Part shown: piece by piece, positions 9,407 to 21,145 of the stretch
Layout of the letters: every line of letters begins with the position of its first letter
Position numbering within the stretch: the stretch's first letter is position 1
NCBI GenBank assembly: GCA_963663405.2
Contig: CAXXSM010000132.1
Location: forward strand, 224,001-288,000
Origin: a bacterium
GTDB taxonomy: Bacteria > Hinthialibacterota > Hinthialibacteria > Hinthialibacterales > Hinthialibacteraceae
Reading direction: 5' to 3'
Length of the DNA stretch: 64,000 nt
Notes under the pieces: generated by a model
What the model was told of the DNA's origin: nothing
The model's input: the letters and a program-made list of their open reading frames with translations, nothing else
The model's database searches: none
Program-made: the position numbers and the translations under genes

Positions 9407-10561
9407 TTATGATACTCCCATGATGCATTCAAGAATTTCTTCCGGCGGATGCACGGCGCCACCGGCGTTTAATACACCTGAAGTCGGGACTTTTCCGTTC
9501 GCGCATCGCTGCACTTCACGGACGATCTGTCCCTTGTTCATTTCTACAACAACAAATGCTTTAATCCGGTTGGCGAGTTCCTCAATAAATTTTTCTGGGA
9601 AAGGCCAAACGGTAATTAAGCGGAGATGACCGACTTTTAAACCTCGTTCGCGGGCGAGATCGACGCCACGAACGGCGACGCGGGAACTGATTCCATACGA
9701 AACTACGACGATATCCGCATCGTCCATTCCATCTTCTTCAATCCGGATGATCTTGTCTACGTTTGTGCGGATTTTATCGATTAGGCGGTTGACGAGAACT
9801 TGTTGGGCTTTTGCGTTCATGGCCGGATACCCACGCTCGTCGTGGGTCAAGCCGGTGATATGAACGTTGTATCCGTCACCCGCTTTAATCATCCGAGGCA
9901 CCAGTCCGTCTAAATCTTTGTACGGATAATATTCCCCCGGTTTCTGAGTTGTGTATTTCCTTGGCGTCAACTCAATCGAGTCTGGCGGGGGGATCACGAC
10001 TTTTTCGGTCATGTGACCGACGCATTCATCCATCATTAAAAAAACGGGTGTGCGGTATTCTTCCGCAAGGTTAAAACATTCGATCGTCAGATCAAAACAT
10101 TCCTGCGGGGAATTCGGCGCTAAAGCGATGGCTTCGTAATCTCCATGTGAACCCCAGCGGGCCTGCATCATATCTTGCTGACCGGGAAGCGTAGGCAGAC
10201 CGGTGGATGGTCCCCCGCGTTGAACATCGACGAACACACAGGGCGTTTCGGTCATGATAGCCAATCCGATATGTTCCATCATGAGCGAAAATCCTGGACC
10301 GGAAGTGACGGTCATGGTTTTGGCGCCTCCCCAGGCGGCGCCGGCGATCGCGATTGAGGAAGCGAGTTCATCCTCCATTTGGATAAACATCCCACCGATT
10401 CGGGGAACGCGTCTCGCCATTAATTCAACGACTTCCGTGGATGGGGTGATCGGATAACCAGCGACGAAACGGCACTCGGCGGCCAGCGCGCCCTCACAGC
10501 ATGCGCTGTCACCATCCATGAAGTGAGTTCCTGTGTTTACACCTTTTGGATCTGCTTTCAT
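9407..10561 (-). CDS. korA: 2-oxoacid:ferredoxin oxidoreductase alpha subunit
   Basis: AGYPITPSTE, QMEDE, TSGPGFSLM, QRGGPSTGLPT, RWGSHGD. Confidence 0.92.
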   Translation of the reverse strand: MKADPKGVNTGTHFMDGDSACCEGALAAECRFVAGYPITPSTEVVELMARRVPRIGGMFIQMEDELASSIAIAGAAWGGAKTMTVTSGPGFSLMMEHIGLAIMTETPCVFVDVQRGGPSTGLPTLPGQQDMMQARWGSHGDYEAIALAPNSPQECFDLTIECFNLAEEYRTPVFLMMDECVGHMTEKVVIPPPDSIELTPRKYTTQKPGEYYPYKDLDGLVPRMIKAGDGYNVHITGLTHDERGYPAMNAKAQQVLVNRLIDKIRTNVDKIIRIEEDGMDDADIVVVSYGISSRVAVRGVDLARERGLKVGHLRLITVWPFPEKFIEELANRIKAFVVVEMNKGQIVREVQRCANGKVPTSGVLNAGGAVHPPEEILECIMGVS

Positions 10562-10579
10562 TTTATTCTATACCATCTC

Positions 10580-10819
10580 TCAGGATTTTTTGAACCGAGC
10601 GCCATAGATCGCAAAGTCGGGGCAGTACGAACCACATTGATCGCAGCCCGTGCACTTCTCACTATGATTGGCGATGGGGAAGTGATAACCATGACTATTA
10701 AATTCTTTGGCGAGTTCGAGAACGTTTAATGGGCAGAATTCAACGCAGAAGCCGCATCCTTTGCAACGTTCTTCGTTGATAACAACGTATCCTTTCGGTT
10801 TTTTTTCGGGTTTCTCCAT
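10580..10819 (-). CDS. korD: 2x[4Fe-4S] ferredoxin, oxidoreductase delta subunit
   Basis: CKGCGFCVEFCP and CTGCDQCGSYCPDFAI. Confidence 0.88.
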   Translation of the reverse strand: MEKPEKKPKGYVVINEERCKGCGFCVEFCPLNVLELAKEFNSHGYHFPIANHSEKCTGCDQCGSYCPDFAIYGARFKKS

Positions 10820-10853
10820 CTTTCTTTCCTTCTCAGGGTGGCGAGCCGCGAGG

Positions 10854-11453
10854 TTACGACCCAGAGCGCACTTTGGCGCTTTCTTCAAACACATCTTGAA
10901 TGCGGCGCCAAAAATCGACGATGTTTTGGGACATAATGACTAGATTATGTTTCACATCTTTTCCATCCACAACGTGATCTTTCAGAATCGCTTCCTGTTC
11001 GAATCCCAAACGAGAAAACACGTGAATCGCCGACGTTTGATCTTCCATCATTTGAGCGATGACTTTATCCAGTTTTAATTTCAAGGCGAGGAAGAAAATC
11101 TCTCTCGCCAAGTGGCAGCCAAGTCCCATCCGGCGGAATTCTGGATGAGTGACGATCCGGATTTCACCGACATGTTTGGACCAGCCGAATTGATTCCGAT
11201 GAAGTGTCGCGTCCCCAATAATTTTACCATCATAGATCGCCAGTAGGGGGATCACATGGTCGTAATCGAGATTTTCCGCCCAGCGATGGATCACTTCGGG
11301 GTGTGTGACATCTTCCTTGAGATAGAACCGGTCTTCAGGGGAGAGGCTAAGGAAGAAATTCCTGAGATCTTCTTCATCTTCCTTCACCATCTGCCGGATC
11401 GTGGCTTTCTGGCCCTTCAACAAAGCGATCGTTTTCGGGTATTCAGCAAACAT
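10854..11453 (-). CDS. GNAT family N-acetyltransferase
   Basis: HPEFRRMGLG acetyl-CoA motif A, FSRLGF; GGAGG RBS before ATG 11453. Confidence 0.88.
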   Translation of the reverse strand: MFAEYPKTIALLKGQKATIRQMVKEDEEDLRNFFLSLSPEDRFYLKEDVTHPEVIHRWAENLDYDHVIPLLAIYDGKIIGDATLHRNQFGWSKHVGEIRIVTHPEFRRMGLGCHLAREIFFLALKLKLDKVIAQMMEDQTSAIHVFSRLGFEQEAILKDHVVDGKDVKHNLVIMSQNIVDFWRRIQDVFEESAKVRSGS

Positions 11454-11832
11454 GATCCCAGGACCTCCCTTTAGGCAAGAATTCAAATCCATCAATACAA
11501 TTTATGAAGTTACACTATTTATAATTTATTAATGAGATAAGAAACATTATCTTTTTTTTAATTATACCGCAAGTTCTTAAGATGGGTATTGCTAAAAAAA
11601 ATTATGTTTTTTTAGCGATAGTTAGAAATAGAGATACAAATTTTTGATTTTAATAGATTGAGAAAATGGCTTGGATTATTTTAGAATAGAGATTGCATAG
11701 AGTATGGTCTATCATAATCGGTTTGACGAAAATTGAAGATTAATCTTACGTTGACAGTACTACACATTACAGATTAATATAAGAAATTGAGATCGTTTAT
11801 GGAACATTAAAACTATTTATGGAGGTAGTAAA

Positions 11833-12798
11833 ATGAATAGAATCAATGGAACCGCATGGTTCGTAGTCTATGTTGGATTGCTAGTTTTTACTTGCCCTTC
11901 TCAATCGGAAATCGTGTGGACGGATTATCTGGAAAATCCTTTGGCAATGCCTATGCCGAATGGGGACCGGTCGTATATGCCGAATGTAATATGGAATCCA
12001 GATCTTCAGAGATACCAATGTTGGTACGAGCAAGGGAGCATCGATCTTGTCACCTACGCTGAATCGGATGATGGAATCACTTGGTCGAATGAGACGTTGA
12101 CTCAAGGAATCACGATCGATGATCTCCAGGTAGGCCGCGGATTCATGCTCTATAACACAGAATGGGAATATCCTTATAAAGCGTATTTTTTTGGTAGAGG
12201 GGGTGATTTAGGGGATCATGTCAGGTTTGCAGAATCAATAGATGGAATTGTATGGGAGAACAATCAACCTCTCGATATGTCCGATGCGACCGTATCGGGT
12301 CAAACAATCAGTTCCCCCGACGGTCATGCGGTTTTATTCGATCCAGATTTTCCTGGAGAGCCATACCGGATGTACCTCAAGACAGGCGATCAAACATCGA
12401 TTATGCAGTCTTCGGATGGAATCACATGGACATGGTTTGATTTCGCTACACTGGATGAAGGTTTTCACATTACAGCTATCCTTCAAATCAGTGAGAATGA
12501 TTATCGAGCCTGGGGATTCCGGGATTACAGCGTGGCGGGGATTCAATATTTCCGCTCGGCCGATGGAATTGAGTTTGAACTTATTCAAGATCCAGTAGAG
12601 GTTATAGGGGGAGCTGGACCCGCTGAATCTTGGAATGGAGATCGTAACTACCACCCCAGCGTCGTGTATGAAGGAAACGGGCAGTTCAAAATGTGGCGAT
12701 CCGGAAAACATGATGTAACAGGCGCCTACCGGATGGGATTCGCAACAGGAATCGATACAGACTTAGGAACGCTCGTGGATCAATGGAGTATTTTTTAA
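11833..12798 (+). CDS. Secreted beta-propeller, glycoside-hydrolase-like protein
   Basis: Signal peptide; Asp-box-like repeats AESDDGITW, AESIDGIVW, QSSDGITW, RSADGIEF; GGAGG RBS. Confidence 0.75.
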   Translation: MNRINGTAWFVVYVGLLVFTCPSQSEIVWTDYLENPLAMPMPNGDRSYMPNVIWNPDLQRYQCWYEQGSIDLVTYAESDDGITWSNETLTQGITIDDLQVGRGFMLYNTEWEYPYKAYFFGRGGDLGDHVRFAESIDGIVWENNQPLDMSDATVSGQTISSPDGHAVLFDPDFPGEPYRMYLKTGDQTSIMQSSDGITWTWFDFATLDEGFHITAILQISENDYRAWGFRDYSVAGIQYFRSADGIEFELIQDPVEVIGGAGPAESWNGDRNYHPSVVYEGNGQFKMWRSGKHDVTGAYRMGFATGIDTDLGTLVDQWSIF

Positions 12799-12827
12799 AA
12801 TCAATAAATAATAAATCTAAACCAACT

Positions 12828-12858
12828 AAAAAAGGGCGGCTGTTTTTGGCCGCCCTTT
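12828..12858. terminator. Terminator between convergent genes; ends the tuf-rpmG transcript
   Basis: AAAAAAGGGCGGC...GCCGCCCTTT. Confidence 0.85.
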
Positions 12859-12878
12859 CATAATCTTATGAATCGTTT

Positions 12879-13028
12879 TTAGCGTGTTTCTCGATGGGGT
12901 GTATGTTTCCCACAAAACCGGCAGTATTTTTTGAACTCCAACCGGTCGGGTTGTTTCCGTTTATCTTTTGTCGTGCTGTAATTCCGACGTTTGCATTCTG
13001 TACATGCCAATAGAATCTGCTCTCTCAT
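12879..13028 (-). CDS. rpmG: 50S ribosomal protein L33 (Zn-ribbon form)
   Basis: Manual translation [49 protein letters not shown]; AGGAG RBS; below ORF-track cutoff. Confidence 0.97.
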   Translation of the reverse strand: MREQILLACTECKRRNYSTTKDKRKQPDRLEFKKYCRFCGKHTPHRETR

Positions 13029-13141
13029 GATTATCTCCTAAATAGATTCTTTCAAGGCCAATCTGCAAATTCATATCTAAGATTCATTAAATGCCTTGAA
13101 AGAATTTGCAGTTACTTTCTACCAAAATATTCGAGTTGTTG

Positions 13142-14335
<1,194 letters not shown>

Positions 14336-14418
14336 GGTGGTTCCTTCCTGTCCTCGATTTCAAAGTGTGTTTTTTGTAATTGAATTTATAGATTGTAAAA
14401 ATTTATTTATAAAAGATA

Positions 14419-14492
14419 AGCCCTCGACCGGAGTTGAACCGGTGACCTCATCCTTACCAAGGATGCGCTCTGACCTACTGAGCTACGAGGGC
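14419..14492 (-). tRNA. tRNA-Thr(GGT), CCA not encoded
   Basis: GCCCTCGTAGCTCAG...CATCC-TT-GGT-AA-GGATG...GGTTCAACTCC...CGAGGGCT cloverleaf. Confidence 0.96.
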
Positions 14493-14598
14493 GTGATTAC
14501 GGTCAATAACTGCAAAATAGTAAAAGGCGCTCATCGTACTGTCAAGGAAAGCGGAACTTGAATTTCTGTTTCCATAATTCTATTAAAAACAAATAAGC

Positions 14599-14689
14599 CG
14601 GAGGGGGAGGGATTCGAACCCCCGAAACAGTTTAACCCGTTTAACCGCTTTCGAGGCGGTCGCCTTCAGCCAAACTCGGCCACCCCTCC
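14599..14689 (-). tRNA. tRNA-Ser(CGA), long variable arm, CCA not encoded
   Basis: GGAGGGGTGGCCGAG...ACCGC-CT-CGA-AA-GCGGT...GGTTCGAATCCC...CCCCTCCG. Confidence 0.95.
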
Positions 14690-14869
14690 ATGTAATTCTT
14701 TAATTGTCAAATGACGATACGGAAAAGGACGTATTTTTAATTATATACCCTATCGTGGGTATATTGTTTGATTTGTTTGGACATATTATAGAGTTTTTCG
14801 CCTAACGAAAATATTAATCTCTATCTCATCCAATTGAAATCAGCTCTTTATTGTATCACGGAAAGTCCA

Positions 14870-15328
14870 TTATCGTAACCGCTCAAAAAAATCTTTCAAT
14901 AACTGTTGGCAATTTTCTTCAAGAATTTTTGGATGAACCAAGATTTGATGATTTAAGCGAGCGTCTTCGGTGATCTGATAAAGACTTTCCACTCCCCCCG
15001 CCTTTGGATCGGACGCGCCATAATATAGATGTTCAATCCGGGCTTGTACGATCGCTCCTGCGCACATGATACATGGCTCGAGTGTACAGTACAGCGAACA
15101 TCCATCAAGGCGCCATTCACCCCGCGCCGCAGCGGCGTCGCGCAATGCGAGAATCTCCGCATGGGCGGTTGGATCGTTGGTTTCTTCCCGCTGGTTCCGG
15201 CCCCGGCCAATCACTTGTCCTTTGTAGACAATAATCGCTCCAATGGGGGTGTCTCCATACGCCTGCGCGATTTTCCCTTGGTTGATAGCTAATCGCATGT
15301 ATCGTTCGTGTTCGTGTAATGAATTCAC
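14870..15328 (-). CDS. tadA: tRNA adenosine(34) deaminase
   Basis: PIGAIIV, DPTAHAE, TLEPCIMCAGA, DPKAG. Confidence 0.95.
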   Translation of the reverse strand: MNSLHEHERYMRLAINQGKIAQAYGDTPIGAIIVYKGQVIGRGRNQREETNDPTAHAEILALRDAAAARGEWRLDGCSLYCTLEPCIMCAGAIVQARIEHLYYGASDPKAGGVESLYQITEDARLNHQILVHPKILEENCQQLLKDFFERLR

Positions 15329-15505
15329 TCTCTATTCCTGTCTTGTCACACTCTTTTAATGGAGCCATTTGTATTTTATTAAACTATTATAAACGACTTC
15401 AATTGATAACGATACTAACCAGCGGCGCATTGATCGTGGACAATTCGTTTAGACCGGACTATTATACTTATAAAGAGAATCGTTTGATTGGAGGTAGAAT
15501 TAATA

Positions 15506-15766
15506 ATGATTTTAGATCATGCGGCGTTGACGGCGGGGCCTGGAATTGGAGCGATTCTCTATGGGGCAACGGCGTGGGTGTTGAGTATGCTGGTCGTTCT
15601 ATTTCATCGCGAGGGAATCAAAGTCGTGGGAGGGACGATCGTGTTTACCGGCTTTTTGATCTTGCTCATTCATCCACAAATCATTCTTTCTATTGGCCTT
15701 ATCGCTTTTGGACTGGCCGTGCATTGGTGTGGACAGACGCTTTACAATCTGCGGCGCCGCGGATGA
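15506..15766 (+). CDS. Small hypothetical membrane protein (about 3 TM)
   Basis: GGAGG RBS; hydrophobic segments; basic C-terminus. Confidence 0.65.
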   Translation: MILDHAALTAGPGIGAILYGATAWVLSMLVVLFHREGIKVVGGTIVFTGFLILLIHPQIILSIGLIAFGLAVHWCGQTLYNLRRRG

Positions 15767-15861
15767 AAGAATTACGTATCCAAATGTAAATAGATCAGTG
15801 GTTTATGGGCGAGTCTGACATAAGAGCCGTATTGTATTCCCCAAATTGTTTAACCGCCACC

Positions 15862-16146
15862 TTATGTTTTGATCCCAAACTCGGCATACCGAATTTTGAA
15901 CATATCATTCCATAAATTTTCCCGGATTCGTTTAAAGTCCTGCAACCGTTTTTGATAGAGTTTACTCCCCGCTTTCCAACGCGCGCTCCAAGCGAGAAAA
16001 CTGGGCTCCGCTCGCGCCAAGTGTTTAATGATCTTCCGGCTGTCACGTTCGTACTCGGAAATGATTCGCTCGTTTCTAATGATTTTGTCCGTTGTTTCTG
16101 CAAGAATGCTAATGTTCGTTTCCATTTTACATCCTTCCCATTGCAT
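15862..16146 (-). CDS. Hypothetical small helical protein
   Basis: ORF fills an intergenic gap, GGAAGG before METNIS; no recognisable motif. Confidence 0.5.
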   Translation of the reverse strand: MQWEGCKMETNISILAETTDKIIRNERIISEYERDSRKIIKHLARAEPSFLAWSARWKAGSKLYQKRLQDFKRIRENLWNDMFKIRYAEFGIKT

Positions 16147-16400
16147 ACGCGGATTTATACATTGTACATATATTTTACATTAAATTTAACGTTTTGCAAT
16201 ACCCTATTTCATTTATTTTCTAGATAAGTCTAAACTACGGTAATTTTCTATATTGAAAGGGCTCCAATTGAATTATTTGTGGGTACAGAGCCATTCATCT
16301 ATACAAACCCTATTGATTTCGTTTATCCTGAAACCTTTCAACAAGATAAACCATCAATAATTTTAATATATTTTTAATAAGGATGATCAGGAGATGTACG

Positions 16401-17423
16401 ATGAAGGAATTTGAAATTGCGCTTGAGAATCTTATCGCCGGGAAGAATCTATCCAGGGCAGAGGCGGGGGAATTGATTTCTTCGATCATGGAGGGCAAAT
16501 TAACTCCCTCGCAGATCGCCGCTTTTTTGACGGCCCTGCGATGCAAAGGGGAGAGTGTGGATGAGATTACCGGCGCCGCTGAAGCGATGCGTTCGCATGC
16601 GATGCAGGTAAAAAGCAAGCGGGAAGGGATTCTCGATACATGCGGAACGGGTGGTGACAAAAGCGGGACGTTCAATATATCCACCACAGCCGCCTGCATT
16701 GTGGCCGGCGCGGGCGCGCCTGTGGCGAAACATGGGAACCGGTCCGCTTCCAGCCAATGTGGAAGCATCGATCTGCTCGAAAAACTGGGAGTGAACGTGA
16801 ATTTGGATCCAGCGAAGATTGGAGCGTGCCTGGATACTGTGGGAATCGGAATTTTGTTTGCGCGGGTAGTGCATCCGGCAATGAAACATGCGGCTCCGAT
16901 CCGGGGAGAATTGAAAATCCGGACGATCTTCAATTTTTTGGGACCGTTGACTAACCCGGCGACGCCGGATTTTCAACTGGTTGGGATCAGCAATGTTAAG
17001 TTTATTGAGACGTACGCGGAATGTCTACAAAAACTGGGCATCAAACGCGCTTGGGTAGTCGCGGGAGAAGACGGATTGGATGAGATTACGCTGACGGGTT
17101 CGTCAACTATCCTGGATGTGCGTCCGGATTCAATCGAAAAGCGGAAGATTGTTCCTGAAGACGCCGGTCTCTCGCGTTGTACGCGGGAAGATCTCCTTGG
17201 CGGCTCTGTCGAGGACAACGCTCGTATGACGCTGGCGATTCTTGATGGAACCGACCGGGGAACGCGGCGTGACGCGGCGCTCTTCAACGCGGGCGCGGCG
17301 CTGCTTGTCGCTGGGAAAGCGGATTCGTTGCAAGCGGGCGTCAATCTCGCGGTGGAGAGTGTGGATTCCGGCAAAGCGAATGCGGTGTTGGATCAGTTAA
17401 TCCAATTCACGAATGAGTGTTAA
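16401..17423 (+). CDS. trpD: Anthranilate phosphoribosyltransferase
   Basis: DTCGTGGD, FNISTT, KHGNRSASS, RTIFNFLGPLTNP, GLDEI. Confidence 0.97.
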   Translation: MKEFEIALENLIAGKNLSRAEAGELISSIMEGKLTPSQIAAFLTALRCKGESVDEITGAAEAMRSHAMQVKSKREGILDTCGTGGDKSGTFNISTTAACIVAGAGAPVAKHGNRSASSQCGSIDLLEKLGVNVNLDPAKIGACLDTVGIGILFARVVHPAMKHAAPIRGELKIRTIFNFLGPLTNPATPDFQLVGISNVKFIETYAECLQKLGIKRAWVVAGEDGLDEITLTGSSTILDVRPDSIEKRKIVPEDAGLSRCTREDLLGGSVEDNARMTLAILDGTDRGTRRDAALFNAGAALLVAGKADSLQAGVNLAVESVDSGKANAVLDQLIQFTNEC

Positions 17424-17429
17424 TCTGGC

Positions 17430-18743
17430 CTATACTTCATCGGGAACGTCGAACGGCCTGCGGTATTTCCCATGCAGGATTTCGTTCGCTTCGTCGTCGT
17501 TTACGCAGCGTTCTGTTGTGGGATCGAATTGAAGCGTTCGTTCGACTAGGTAGGACGCGTTGGCGAGATGACATAGCGAGGCGGAGAGATGCCCTTCGAG
17601 GATTTCCGCATGAAGGTCTTCTTTCTTCCGGCTGCGGACCGCGTCGATGAAGTTCTGGAAATGATTCTCTCCCGACTCACGGGATGGGCCTTCTTTCCGG
17701 TCGCGGCCCAGGAATACGCGATAGCGTCCATAATTGTCTGTGATCATATAGCCTTTTGAACCGAGGAACAGATCCCCAATCACGTTATCCGTGCCTCCCA
17801 CATTGATCTCATCGTTCGTTATCCAATGACGGACTTCGAACACCAGCATTTTATTCTCATCCGGATATTTAAACGTCGAGACGAGAGTGTTGGGGGTGTT
17901 TTGGTCGTCGTCGAACATGAAATGCCCACCGATGGCGGATGCGAGTTTGGGCAGGCCGACGCCCAATCCCCACCGGGCGATATCCATCTCATGCACGCCC
18001 TGGTTCCCGATGTCTCCATTGCCGTATTCATAATTCCAGTGCCAGTTGTAATGGAAGCGGTTGGGATTGAACGGGCGTTTATCCGCCGGACCGAGCCAGA
18101 GATTATAATGCACGCCGGGAGGAACGTCTCCATCCGGTTTGTGACCGATGGTGTCCCGCCATTTGTAGCAGAGGCCTTTCGCGTAATACACATCCCCGAT
18201 CACGCCGTCCCGCAGCAGTTCGACCGCTTCCCGGAACGCGGAGACGCTGCGGCCCTGGGTGCCCTGTTGGACGATTCGATTGTATTTCCGGGCGGCTTTG
18301 ACGAGTTGACGGCCTTCATGGATATTGTGCGAACACGGTTTTTCGACATATGCGTCTTTTCCATGTTGGCAGGCCCAGATACCCATGAGCGCGTGCCAGT
18401 GGTTGGGTGTCGCGATGGAGACGGCGTCGATCTCGTCGTTCTGCAGCATCTCGCGGATATCTGTGTATTTTTTGACGGGTTGTGCAAGAAATTCCTTCAG
18501 TTCCTCCGCCCGCTCGTTCAGGATATTCTCATCCACGTCACAGATCGCGATGACCTGGGTGTTCGTACATTTTGCGAATTCCCTTATATGATCCGCTCCC
18601 CGTCCTCTCAATCCCACCACGCCTATGTGGACTGTCTCATTCGCACTGGCCCCGGCTTTTGTCTGAATCAGAATGTTCAACGCAGCCGCGCCCCCAGCGG
18701 CGTTCTTCAAAAAACTTCGCCGATTTTCACTCATTATGATCAC
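17430..18743 (-). CDS. Tat-exported Gfo/Idh/MocA oxidoreductase
   Basis: RRSFLK Tat motif, GVVGLRGRG, IATPNHWH, YVEKP, GNQGVHEMD. Confidence 0.92.
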   Translation of the reverse strand: MIIMSENRRSFLKNAAGGAAALNILIQTKAGASANETVHIGVVGLRGRGADHIREFAKCTNTQVIAICDVDENILNERAEELKEFLAQPVKKYTDIREMLQNDEIDAVSIATPNHWHALMGIWACQHGKDAYVEKPCSHNIHEGRQLVKAARKYNRIVQQGTQGRSVSAFREAVELLRDGVIGDVYYAKGLCYKWRDTIGHKPDGDVPPGVHYNLWLGPADKRPFNPNRFHYNWHWNYEYGNGDIGNQGVHEMDIARWGLGVGLPKLASAIGGHFMFDDDQNTPNTLVSTFKYPDENKMLVFEVRHWITNDEINVGGTDNVIGDLFLGSKGYMITDNYGRYRVFLGRDRKEGPSRESGENHFQNFIDAVRSRKKEDLHAEILEGHLSASLCHLANASYLVERTLQFDPTTERCVNDDEANEILHGKYRRPFDVPDEV

Positions 18744-19091
18744 TCCTTCGCTTGAAGAAAATTTGAATGGATAGATACGAGATTACATGGATTTTTCTTT
18801 TGGGATAAGGGGGTGATCTATATATTTAAGGGGCTAAATGAAGACTGGTTCGAGCAGAATCGTGACTCTCGTAATCCTGATGTAATCCTATTAAGACGAT
18901 GCAAAATTGAAATATTATTTTTGTTTTCTCGTTGTTATTTAATGGACGTATTATTTTCATTCGAGAGAGTATATCATAATAATAAATGATAACGAAAAAT
19001 TATCCGCTCCATCAATCTAGATGTTTAGATTTTGTGCCGACTAGTGGGAATTCAGATTTTCTGAAATCAACTTGAAAGAAGGAATTAGAAT

Positions 19092-21106
19092 ATGATGTCA
19101 TATAAATCTTTCATTTTCTTTATTTTAACGTTCATGATTTTCCTTTCTTATCACCAAAAAACATCCTATGCGAGTTCTATCCTATCATTCAGTGAAGCCG
19201 AATCATGGGTGATAGAGAGAATCCAAAATGGAGAAATCGCTGATTTGAATAAATTTTCTCCCAAAGGAAATGATCGGATTTTGAGCGCTACGTTTTTAGA
19301 GAGATTGCTAACACGAAAAATTGGTGAACTGGAGAATACATTTAGTAGTGAGATTCGTAACGTCACCTTTACAGAACCTATAATTATGTTTTATGAAGAA
19401 ATTGATTTTGCCATATTATTCTCGAATTGCCAATTCAATGAAACAGTTAATTTTTCACGATGCCATTTTAAGAAGTTTCTAGGATTTGAAAATTCATCTT
19501 TTTGAAAAATGTTGATTTCCACAGAATGAGATCAGATTATGATGTAGAATTCACACGAATATCATTTCATGGAGATGTGAATTTAAAAGGAGCTAGCATT
19601 AATGGTGAATTAATCTCAAATTTCGGTCAATATAATCAGAAAGCAATTTTTAACAATATTAAAGTAGTTGACAATGCAGAATTTAATGAAACAATTTTTA
19701 AAGGATCTGTTGATTTCATTGGAGCAAACATAAATGGAGATTTCTTGTTTAGAAATGCTCAATTACTTAACAACGAAATTGAATCCTATTTTAATGGAAT
19801 TCAAGTCGCAGGGAATTTAGATATAAAAGAATCTTTGTTTATTTGTCCAGTCAGTTTTGCACATATTAAAATTGGAAAGAATTTCTTTGCTCGAAGAACT
19901 CGCTTTTTGAACTCAACCAATAAAACTACATTTAATGGTATGAAAGTTGAAGGTTTAGTAACTTTCAATTATGCAATTTTTGCTGGAGGGGCTAATTTTG
20001 TAGGTGGAAAGATTAATGGAGAATTTCAATTACATGAATGCCAATTTTATAATAGCTCTAATGGAGTTAGTTTCCAAGGTATTCAAATTTTGGGAAGTTT
20101 AATTATTAATAAAACTACATTTGAATGTCCTGCAGATTTCTCATATGCAAGAATTGGGAATTTATTTGATGCTAACAATACACAATTTTTAAATCCAAAT
20201 CATAAGATTGATTTTACTAATTTGAGTGTCCAAGGTGTTGCTTTCTTCAGTAATGCAAATTTTATGGGACCTGCACAATTTATAAATACAAAAATTGGGG
20301 GAGAATTCATTGCTAAAAAGGCAAATTTTCTAAATTCTGATTCTATGACAACTTTTAGTGCCATGGAAGTTCAAGGTATAGCTACTTTTGATAATGCAAT
20401 TTTCAATGGACCTGTTGATTTTCTTGGGACAATAATAAAAGGGGAATTACATACAAATGAATCAATTTTTTATAAAAATGTAAGATTTAATAAAATGAGT
20501 GTAGATATTCCAATATTTCGTTGCCTTACGATTAAAGGCTCTTATTGTCTAAATGGTATGATCTTCCAATCAATTGACGTTGGTGATGAAGAGGGTAAAT
20601 GTGAGAAAGTATTGTCATTTTTAAATAAAGCAGAATATAGTGCTGATGTTTATGCAAGATTAGAAGATTTTTATAAATTAAACGGCTATCAAGAAACTGC
20701 TAACAAGGTATTTATTACTTTCAAAAGAAGAGAACGTTGGGATGGAAACCTACCTTTTTTAATGAGAATGTGGAGTGATATTAAATATTATTTAATTGGT
20801 TATGGACGAAGGATTGAACAATCTATATATATTAGTATTTTTTTTATCATTTTAGGTTCATTTATTTTAAGAAAAGAAATAATGACCAAAAGCAGATCTC
20901 AAGAAAAGGTTCTATATTTTAATTGTTTTTGGTATAGTGTTGATCTTTTTCTACCTTTCATAGACTTGAAAATGGAAAAAAATTGGATTCCGAATCCTGA
21001 TCTTCCTTGTATTTGGTTATTAAGATTATACATGTGCCTGCATATAATTTCAGGCTGGTTTCTTATCCCCATCGGTTTGGCGGCATTCACAGGGATTATT
21101 GAATGA
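19092..21106 (+). CDS. AT-rich beta-solenoid (pentapeptide-like repeat) membrane protein, split by one indel near 19500
   Basis: Two ORFs overlap at a T5 run with continuous repeat pattern; C-terminal TM block FWYSVDLFLPFIDL...GW...LAAFTGII. Confidence 0.75.
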
Positions 21107-21145
21107 TTATTATATAAGGTTTATTTTTATTGTATTGGAGCCTGA

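Noticed and set aside
17826-18755. 309-aa plus-strand ORF
   Set aside because: Antisense shadow of the Gfo/Idh/MocA gene; the same applies to most short overlapping ORFs in the track
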